Below, one piece after another: positions 1-10,700 of a stretch of DNA of 64,000 nucleotides. Positions within the stretch are counted from its first letter, which is position 1, and every line of letters begins with the position of its first letter. The notes beneath the pieces are model-generated. The model saw only the letters and a program-made list of their open reading frames with translations, ran no database searches and was not told where the DNA came from. Both the position numbers and the translations under genes were made by a program. The DNA comes from Paraspadella gotoi (lineage: Eukaryota; Animalia; Chaetognatha). The DNA lies in NCBI GenBank assembly GCA_051294375.1, contig CM119267.1, forward strand, positions 6,472,367-6,536,366. Reading direction: 5' to 3'.

Positions 1-375
1 TTGACGCAAATCGAGTTGAATATTTGTTCACTTTTTGGCTTTTTGTGGTCATTTTACATATTAATCTTTAGTTTGTTATGTTTAATTTTGTATAAAAAAG
101 GTCAATCAGATTTCCCGATAGTAAAGATCTGGTTAATACAAATAAGAATTAATTAAAATATAGTTTTTTTTTCATTTAATAAATTTTTTTTCGTGTGTTA
201 TTTTAGACCGAGCGGCATCTCGAGGGATTTGAGGTCCACCTGTGAATGAACGGCCACGGATCTCACCTCGTGTTTGTACACAATCCAATCCCGGATTCTT
301 TGGGCGAATTCATTTTCTCTCTCTCTCTCTCTTCTCTCTCCTCTCTCTCTCTCTCCTTCTCCTCTCTCCTCTTCT

Positions 376-408
<33 letters not shown>

Positions 409-640
409 GCCAACTCCATCTCCGGGAGGACCGAGTTTTCGGACTTGGAGAACCAAATTTTTTTTCTGAGTAAATATTTTTCCACGTGGTTTTGATTAGA
501 TTCCATATTCCTTAGCGACGTTAGTAGAGTTTATTAATATTGTTTACATTACGAATAAAAATAAAATATTTTAATACAACGAATTACTAAAGAGATATAT
601 AGAGAATAATTGATGTCAATATCACTGTAGCGCCGTTTGT

Positions 641-712
641 TTCATCATTGTTTCATCATTGTTTCATTGTTTCATCATTGTTTCATCATTGTTTCATCAT
701 TGTTTCATCATT
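641..712. repeat. 11-bp tandem repeat (TGTTTCATCAT)n
   Basis: About 6-7 near-perfect copies read directly. Confidence 0.9.
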
Positions 713-2648
713 GTGGCCGACGTCAGCCCCAAACGACGCCTGCCGACCATCAAATTCCACAAGAATAACAACAACAACAACTACGAAAACATTGTTTCAA
801 ACGAAGTCGCCGCTGCTGATTTCGCCGTTTTTCTCCTCTCTTCTCCGTTCGTCTCTGATTTCAAAACGAAAAAAACAAAANNNNNNNNNNNNNNNNNNNN
901 NNNNNNNNNNNNNNNNNNNNNNNNNNNNNNNNNNNNNNNNNNNNNNNNNNNNNNNNNNNNNNNNNNNNNNNNNNNNNNNNNNNNNNNNNNNNNNNNNNNN
1001 NNNNNNNNNNNNNNNNNNNNNNNNNNNNNNNNNNNNNNNNNNNNNNNNNNNNNNNNNNNNNNNNNNNNNNNNNNNNNNNNNNNNNNNNNNNNNNNNNNNN
1101 NNNNNNNNNNNNNNNNNNNNNNNNNNNNNNNNNNNNNNNNNNNNNNNNNNNNNNNNNNNNNNNNNNNNNNNNNNNNNNNNNNNNNNNNNNNNNNNNNNNN
1201 NNNNNNNNNNNNNNNNNNNNNNNNNNNNNNNNNNNNNNNNNNNNNNNNNNNNNNNNNNNNNNNNNNNNNNNNNNNNNNNNNNNNNNNNNNNNNNNNNNNN
1301 NNNNNNNNNNNNNNNNNNNNNNNNNNNNNNNNNNNNNNNNNNNNNNNNNNNNNNNNNNNNNNNNNNNNNNNNNNNNNNNNNNNNNNNNNNNNNNNNNNNN
1401 NNNNNNNNNNNNAGTCAGCTAACGTGATCGAAACTACAGAGGCACAAACACTATTTGAGGAAAATGTAGCCAAAAAAAATATAAAATAAAATATTACAAC
1501 AATAACAGACACTTTTTTAGCCTAAATAAGGGCCACTGCCCTATTTTAAACTTTGTTTAAACTCTATAACCAGATTTTCTTTTTTTTTTTCTAAAAAAAA
1601 AAGAGCCATATATTCGGTTAATCATAAATTCAAACTTTAAACAAGAAAACAAACATTTTAATCTCCCTAGTCGCGACGCATCAACATTTTTAGAATTTGT
1701 TTATCTTTGTTTCTTTCCTTTTTATCAGAATATGATTGCTCCCCGATGATGAATTTTGAACGCCCCAGTTTTATTCACTGGGGGGGGAGGGAGGCCGAAC
1801 GGGTGGAGTTCGAAAGGTCGAAGGAGTGGGTTGGATGAAAGGGAAAGGGTGGGGGTAATGGAGTTTGGAAGAAGTGGGTGGCGAAGTCGGTCGACGACGA
1901 ATACGGGTCATGCGGCGTTTCCACATTCGCGTCACCGGGCGTCGCTCCCCCGCTGCTCCACTTTTCGAGCCGCTCCAGAAAGATCCCCTCTCCTTTCCTT
2001 CTCGTATTTTTTTTCCCCCAGTAAGACGAGGGACCGCGCCTCGGTTCTCGCTCCCACTAGATGCGATCAATCTTTTCCGATTTAACTTACTAATTACTTT
2101 CTTCGTTGTCATCTTCGCAATTCAGATTTTTCTGCTCCAGTTACATAACGATTTTTTTTTTATTCCGCCCCCCTCCCCCTCTTCGAATTCTTTCTTTTTT
2201 TCTTCGGGGAGCGAATTTATTTGGAGTTTATCTTCGATTCATCCTTTCACCTTTGGCTCCAGACGAACCCCCTTATCTTTCACTCGGCTGCTTCGGTCTA
2301 TAAATAAAACTGCGTCTTCAGTCTCTTTCTTCGGATTTTTTTTTTTGTTGCGAAATTTTATTTGTTTTTTTTTTAAATTCGTTCGTTTATTCATTCATTC
2401 ATTCTTTCAATTATTTTAATTTGTTAAATCATTCGATTATTCATTCGTCTGTCCATTCATCCTTAATCATTCTATAAAACGGATTTCAATTGATAAAATA
2501 ATTCATTTATCTATTCTCATTACGAAACAAGCAATTCATTATTTCAAATTTTGAGATATTTATCAATTCATTGATTTCTTCATTCGTTCATTCATTCGCT
2601 CTTCTTTATCTAAGAATTTTATCACATTTCGCTTTTTCTCTCTTCTCC

Positions 2649-2697
<49 letters not shown>

Positions 2698-4144
2698 GCC
2701 TACACTTTTTCTTCAAGATTTTGGCTAATTTTTTTTTTAAATATTCCTTTCAAGAAGTAAAGAAAAAGTAAAATTTTCAAGAACAAAAGGAAAAAAACAC
2801 GACAGAAACGTTTTGTTTCTTTCTTATCTATCATTTTTGTTTTATTTTTTTATATATAATTTGTGTTTCTTTTTTTCAAGGTTTTTTTTAGTTTTCTTAT
2901 CAAATAATTCCAAATTCCGTGTTTTATTTTTCGGCACTTCCGCCCTCACAGATTTTTGTCCAATGTCGAAGCCTCTCCCATGCTTCTCCTCTCCCATGCT
3001 TTTCCTTCTTTACCATGCTCCTATGACTCTAACTTTACCAGCCATGTCCCGTCTCCAACACTACGGCGACCTGCACCACATCGCCTCCAGCGGGGCCTTC
3101 TTACTTTTTGACTCTCAATTGATTTCAGATTTAGCTCCGCGGCCAATGGATGTATTAACCGTACTTAAATGTCCTCTGTACTATCTACTCGGTACATTAT
3201 CATGCTCCAAATCGCCAGCGCAGTTGGCGAGAAACGCCTGTTTTATTCTTTTTTTTTCTCTCTTTATTTATTTCTAATTATCGAAGCAAATATAAAACCT
3301 AAAAAAAAAAACCACCTTTGCGAATCCCGATGTATCCTCCTCACTAGGCCCCCCATGCTCGTCCTCACCGATCGCGTCTAGTCTTCGACCTTCGACCCAC
3401 CCGTCGCCCCCCCAGGCATCTGGCGTCTCTGCTCGTGGGGAGCTCATATATCTCATCAGGTACTCATCTACTCCTCTTTCTCTTTCGTCTCTCTCTCATG
3501 GTGCTCTCTTCTTCTCTCTTTTTTTTTTTTTTCCTCGAGGCGTCGATTCCTTCCAATCTCAAGATCTCCCCTCCCTAAAAAAAGTTTTAATTAATTCCGA
3601 AGATAAACTAATTTTTGGCGATCATTAATTTTAGATTCGCGCCTCTAGTCTCTTCACGAACCCCGCAACTGTTTTTTTTTTCTTCCTTCGCTTCGCCTTT
3701 TCAGATTTTTTGTAAACTTCTTTTTTTTTTTTGGCTAAAATTTGAAGAAAGAAACCAACGTTTTTTCCGTTTCATATTCTTTTCATTTTCACTTTTTTTT
3801 TATCAATTTTTCGCTGAGATGCCAAACTTTTTGTTCTTTCTTTCTTTATCTCTCTCTCTCTCTCTCTCTCTCTCTTTCGAACGGACTTTTGGACGCCGCA
3901 ACAAAACTTCTTTTGTCTCAACGATTGACGTTTAATTCTTTCTTCGTCTTCTTCTTCCTCCTCCTCCTCCTCCTCCTCCACGTATCTCTCGCTCTTCTTC
4001 CATCTTCCTCTTCCTCCTCCCTCCCTCCCTTCCTCCTCCTCTTCATCCTTCACTTTGTTTTATTTCACTCGTCGTGTTTATTCTTGATTCGGCTCCAAAT
4101 CATAACCGAAAAAGATAAACTTTTTTCGATTCATCTCGAATTTT

Positions 4145-4194
<50 letters not shown>

Positions 4195-4745
4195 CCTCCC
4201 TCCCTCCCACCATGCCTTTAAAAATATTTAAAACTGATTTTTGTCTGAAAAAAGAAAGAAACAAAAAACTAATATTTTTCTTCGAATTTGAAAATCAAAA
4301 CAAAGCTCAGTCGTCGCGAGATATTTTTTCTTTTTAAAAAAAAATTCAATGTTTCTCTTTCTTGATTTTTTTAATATTTCGAGTCTGAATTTAATTTCAT
4401 CGGGATTCCACGATGTAATTTCAGAAAGAAAAAAAATATATTAACCAATAACCATATCATCGAAAATAACCCCAAAAAAAAAGGTTTTCTTAATCTAGTC
4501 TTCTTTTTTTATTTTCAGACGAACGAAATTCTCATCCCCCCCACCAAAAAAAAAAAGACACAACGAAAAAAAAAACGAAGAATGACCGCAGCTTTTTCTT
4601 CCCCTATCGGCGAAACAAGGAGTCTTCGTTCGCCCTAAATAACGAGAGAACAAGGATTACCATTTAAAAAAAAACAACAGAAAACCGCGACTAAATGTGT
4701 TGAGAATTTCCGCGCGAAAAAAAATCTTGGCTTTCGTCCTTCGTT

Positions 4746-7700
4746 ATGGCGTCGCTTCGAAGTTTGTGCGTCGTCGTCTCCGTCGTCGTCGTTCTTAGTC
4801 ACGTGACTTATTCCTCCTCCTCCTCCTCCTCCTGCAATCCGACGCTTCCTCTTCCCGCGTCCGTCCGCGTGGCGCAGACGGCGCCGCCCTCATCCGGCGC
4901 CGCTCCCGACGTCTACATCGGCGGCGTCTTCGCCGTCCACGAGAAGACGGCGTGGCGACATTTTCTGTGCAAGGGCGCCGTGGACCCGCAGGCCGTCCAG
5001 CGGTTGGAGGCGTTTCTCTGGGCCGTGGAGACGCTGGGGACGAGGTGAGAAGACTGTGAAAGGGAAAGATAAGAGCGTTGAACTCAAATTCTCGAAGAAT
5101 CACTGAATCTGTCAACGTCTCCTGTTTGTGACTTGTTTAATAAAAAATAAAACAAATAAAAACCGCTCATCAAAAGAAGCTGGGACTGGATAAAAGGGAA
5201 CGGTGCGATGTGAATAAATGGTTTTAATGTCTTTGGTTGCTTAAATCAAAGCCGTTCTTTTGTCGAGTTTCACTGGTTCTTGCATCTTTAACAATGCTGT
5301 TTGTGTTGTCTTTCAATTTATTAATATAATTTTATATAATAATATGAATAATATAATATAATAATATAATATAATATTATAATCATTTTAAAAAGCATAA
5401 CCCCAATTGACTCAACTTTTCTCCAGGTACCGCAACGACCCTCGACTCATGGACCTTACCTTCGGCGCCATCGCGATCGACTCGTGTTCCGACAGCGATC
5501 ACGTGACCCAACTCTTGTCCGACTACGAATCCTGTCATCGTCGATTCGTCTCTTCTTCGCTTCCGGTGAGATTATGGGACGTGAAATGGCATTATCACTC
5601 GCGAAATGGCATTATGACTTACCAAATGGCATTATGACTTACGAAATGATATTTTGACTTACGAAATGATATTTTGACTTACGAAATTGCATTGCTATGA
5701 CTTACGAAATGGCATTAGGACTTACGAAATGGCAGTTTGACTTCTTAAATGGCATTATGTCTTAGTGTCTTACGGAATGACATGATAAAAGCATGCTGAA
5801 AAGCGGTCGAGTGGTCCCCTCGTTTTCAACCTCTCAAGTAACTTACTCTCTCAAAATAAACTAACCTTTATTTTTCTCACCTCCTCACTCCTCAGTCCTC
5901 CACGCCCTCGGCCGACCCGCGCCGCACTCTGGCCTACGTGGGTCTCGTCGACGACGACGCCGCCGTCCGCGCCGGCGCCTTTCTCGGCCACGTCCACAAA
6001 CCGGCGCTCTCCGTCGGCGCCACCGTCAACGTCCTCGTCGACGACGATCGATTCCCCAACGTCTACAGGATGATGCCGTCCGACAACGAGCAGGTGTGGT
6101 TTGGAGGAAGAGTTTGGGGGGAGAGTGGGAGGTGGAAGAAGGGAAATTAGAGATGGTTGGGGAAGCAGGGAAGAAGGGTGAGGGAGGGAGGAGGAATGAT
6201 GAGAGGAAGATAGATGGGGATAGGAGGAAGATGGGATAGGATAGGAAGATAGGAGGAATATAAGAGAAGGATAGGAATATAAGAGAAGGATAGGATAAGA
6301 TAGGAAGATCGAAAGATAGGAAAATAGGAGGAAGATAGATGGGGATAGTAGGAAGATAGGAGCTGGATAAGAAGATAGGAGGAAGATATATGGGGATGGT
6401 ACTACTATTAGTAGGAAGATAGAAGCAGGATAAGAAGATAGATATAAAAAAACAGGATTGGGAGAAAGTTTGAGATTCGCGGAAATTGGCGAAGGGGCGA
6501 AAAGTCGGGGTTGGGGGGGGCGATATTATTTTAAAATGAGGAAAGAGAGCGAATGTTGTGGTTTGGAAGTATTCACGATGGTTACGATTCGCGTCATTTT
6601 ATTTAATTTATTTTTTAATCGCATATCGATTTTGTGGCCTTCGTTGATGTCTAAAGAGAGAATGTTTGTGGTTTCCGTTTTTTCTGCGGTTTTATTTCAT
6701 TAACGTTTTATTCTGCGGTACAACTCAGTTTTCCGATTGACTATTATCGTCGTCGTTGTTATCGTTCCTCTTTTTCAGGCCCATCTCCTCGTCGAACTCC
6801 TCAAAGGCCTCCGCCCACCGTCCTCCTCCTCCTGGTGGAACTACGTCCACATCGTCTCCACCGACGACCTCGTGGGCGAGAGCGCCACCGAGTCCTTCCT
6901 CCTCCACGCCTCGGAAGAGGGCGTGGTTGTGGCGACGACGCAATCCGCGCCTCCTTCTGCTTCGGACGACGACTTGGATCTCGTCGTCAACAAGTTGAAG
7001 ACGAATCGAGAGGCGAGGGCGGTCGTCGTCTTGGCCAAGCAGGGGACGGCGGCGCCGGGGAATCCAGGTGATGGAAACAGCCGAGAATGCCTAGAGAGAA
7101 TATATGTAGTAGTTTTGATTCAAACGGAAAGGTTTTTCAAAATTTAATTTTTGAGCGCCTTTTAGACATAGTTCAGTATGATATTCACTTTTTAATACTT
7201 TTTATTCTACTTTGAATCATTTCTACCTGTACATTCGCCAGCTGAACATTGACAGACCTTTTTTCAAAATTCAAAATTTCAAGAAACTTTTTTTTATTAC
7301 CAAATCGGCCGTATTTTCGCAGTGTCCCATTTCAACTTAATTACCGAATTAAGTTAGTTTCATTTACACCTTGGTATTCCGGCGGAATTTTTCACACAGA
7401 AAGGAGTCAACTTTAAAATTATCTCTTAACATCGATCCTAACCTCCCGATTCTCCCGATTACCTTACCTTGCCCCCACATTGCTCCACCCTCTTACAGGC
7501 TCCGGTTTCTGCACCCGTCTCCTCCGCGCCGCCCATCGTCAACGGGTCGGGCCCGACTTCACCTTCATCTTCGGCTCCGGATGCGGCCACATCCACCTGG
7601 AGGCCCTCCACGGGCCCGTCAACTCGGAGGCCTTGGGATCTCTGGGACTCGTGTACGACGAAGGGGCTCTCCCCGCCTTCCAGGCTCACTACCGGAGTCT

Positions 7701-10700
7701 TCGCCCGTCGACGCGAAAGCGAATCCTTGGTTCGGAGAATTTTGGGAGCAGACTTTGGGTGCCGCTTGGTGGGCGTGGCACATCCAAGAAACGAGTCGGG
7801 TGAGTTTGAAAATGAGGGACAGAGTGTGAAGAAGATTCCATGGGGGGTTTCTCAGTTTCAGATGAGAACATTGTTTGAGCAGTGCTTAATCTCGACTTAA
7901 TATTAACTCAATCCATATATCAAAAGATAAAAATAGAATAATAACTTTATTAAGTATTCAATATCCAATAATCATTCAAAAACGTGCATCAGAATGACAG
8001 AGCCAAAATGCAGCAGCAGCAGTAGAGCCGATACGCAGCAACAACAGAACCGAGACGCAGCATCAGCAGCAGCAGAGCCGAGACGCAGCAACAGCTCAAA
8101 GCTACATAAAAGCTTAAAATTAATTACCATATTCAAATAATTTCACAAATATCATTTAATACCTGATGGTCTCAGAGGAATCTCCCAAAAATTAAGAATT
8201 TACTCTCCTTTTATATACAAGGCACAATTATTACAACCAATGAGAGGAGAATTCACATTTTAAGAATAAGATCAAAACATCTACTAGTTATTATTAAACC
8301 AATGAGAGACCAGATATTCAAATTCAAGGTGTAAAATTCAACCAATTAGAGACATTAAACAGAACTATTGGAGTCATTCAATTAAACTTTAAACTCAGAT
8401 ATTTGAACCATTAAAAAATAAAAGGTCAGGGCTCAATTCAGATAAAAATCTTTATAAACTCTTTAACAGAGTGTAAGGTTAGATTAGAAAATGAAGGCCG
8501 GAGCGAATCGGCTCTTGGGCTGTGGACTTTCACTGTTAAAGACTTTTTCCTTAAAATAAATCAAAAGCGGAATTAAAGACTCGTTTCAATTTGAATTGTA
8601 AATTTTTTAGAAACAAGTTGTGATGATAGTGAACTTTGAATTAAACAACATTCGCGACATCAAGTTTTAGCAACGAGAGAAAAGAAGATTTGAAAACGAA
8701 AGTTTTTAGTATTTTTAGGAGTTTAACGAAAAATTCGCTTTTGAACAACAATTTATTAAGTTAATAAGGACATGTTTCGACTCTATGTTTCGAGTCTTCA
8801 TCAGCAAGTGAAAATATCAGAGTCACAGATCAAATACAAAGTATTTTTTAGCAACGAGAGAATAACTTATTAATTGATCTGCGACGACCAAAATTTCACA
8901 TTCATATTTTGAATAAGACGAAACAGTGACAACTAACAAGGATCGAAGTTATTTCTTCATTCAGCTGATTGACCTTTTAGAACCATAACAAAGCAAAGAT
9001 ATTTTTTGTCATTATATTACGTCGTATATTTGACTACTGCAATACGAAAATGACAATTAGCCAAAATGTGAGTTTATGAGTTATTGCATGCGATGCCTCT
9101 TGAGCAGGGCATCGTACCGTCTTTGAAGAGTGAGTATTTGGGCGGAACGAACGATGAAAGCTACGAGATACTAAGAAAAAAAATATGCATTATATAAAAT
9201 CAAAGATGCAAACGGACTGTAAAACGGAGCTCATTAAAATTAATGAAAAATTAGTCAATTATTTAAAAAGAATTGAAATGAATTAAAAATCGGTCAGGTG
9301 GAAGTAAAACAGAAAAAAGAAAAATTCGTCATCTAAACTTCGTCCTCAATAAATTTCCTCCCTCAGGCACCCACTCGGCCCCAGCCGCCCCTTGCGACAT
9401 CTCCGACCAATACCTAACGCCGACCCTCTTCCGCCAAGACCCCTTCGTTCCAGCGACGGTCGCCGCCGTCGACGCCGCCGCCTTCGCCGCCGCCGACGCC
9501 GTACGCCGACTCTGTCGCGGCGTCGGCGGCGCCCTCTGCCCCGAAGCGCTCGAGCGGACGGAGGAATTGAAGAGTCTGGTCGCGAAAAAGTTGAAGGAGG
9601 TCGTCGACGAGAGAGCGAAGACGAAGGGCGGGGATGTGTTGAAGGTCGTCAACTTTCAGATGGAGCAAAACAAACACAGGATAAAAAAGGTCAGTTGTTT
9701 TGGTTTTTGTTTTTGCTATGTTTTTTATTGCTTGTTGTTTTTAATGTGACCAGCATGAGTTACGTAACAATTCGTTCACTTAATTTGACAAAAATATTAA
9801 TAAATCAATCAATATTACAATGCCCGTCATCGTCCACCTCCCCTTTCCCCTCAAATAGATCGCCCAGTTTCGTTCCGGCGTCCTCCATTGGATCCCCGAG
9901 GCCTCTCTTCAACTCTACGACTCAGACGGCGCCCCTCGGTCCTACCTTCCCTCGGAGTGCCGCGACGCCGCCTGCGCCGCAGTCGACGGAGGCTCCAGCG
10001 GTTCGTCGACTCTGGAGGAAATCCTCGAGCGCAACCTCGTCGGGGGAGACCTCTGGATCGGAGGAGTGGCGTTGAGAGGGGAGGTGAGTTTTTGGGGTGG
10101 CTTTAAATGGCTAAAGATGGCTAAAGATGGCTAAAGATGGCCATTTAACCAATAACCATACCATAATAACTAGTCTACAGGCACTGCCTTCTTGCCTTAG
10201 TCAACTCTTCAATTTAGTACTACGGTGTCTCCCCTATATAACGAATCGAACAATAACAAAAAGAGCAACTCGAAAACCACAACAATAACCACAACAAACT
10301 CCTTTCCCCCCCCTCTCCTCGACCACAGCTGTGGGTCCTCGTCCTCGCGGGTCTCGCCGCCCTCGGACTCCTCGTCGTCATCTTCATCGAACTCTTCCTC
10401 GTCTGTCGACTCTCCCGTCCGCCTTCCTGCTGCGACGTCGCTCCGCCGCTGCGTCAGGAGCCGCCGGCGCCGCGTTGCTGCGGCGCAGCTCTGGTGCTAG
10501 GCCACGCCCTCCTGGCCGGCATCGCCCTGGTGTTCGGCGTCGACTTGGCGCTCCTGCTGCGTCCGTCTCAGGGGGCGTGTCTCGTCTTCGAGTTCGGATT
10601 CGCCGTCGGGATCGTCGTCTGCTTCGCCGTCGTCCTCGTCAAATTGGGTGAGTAGGTTCGGAACGACCGTGTCCTGTCCGGAACGTTGGAGGTTCGAGGT

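Noticed and set aside
198-506. ORFs rich in SL/ER repeats (also ~3600-4220 and 13839-14333)
   Set aside because: Translations of (CT)n microsatellites. A possible terminal exon at 207-245 could not be supported.
648-1512. Long ORFs across N-gaps (also 21434-22340 and 23435-24003)
   Set aside because: Open only because Ns contain no stop codons.
5583-5790. Regularly spaced repeats resembling a CRISPR array
   Set aside because: Units are adjacent with no unique spacers, the context is a eukaryotic intron and there are no cas genes; it is a minisatellite.
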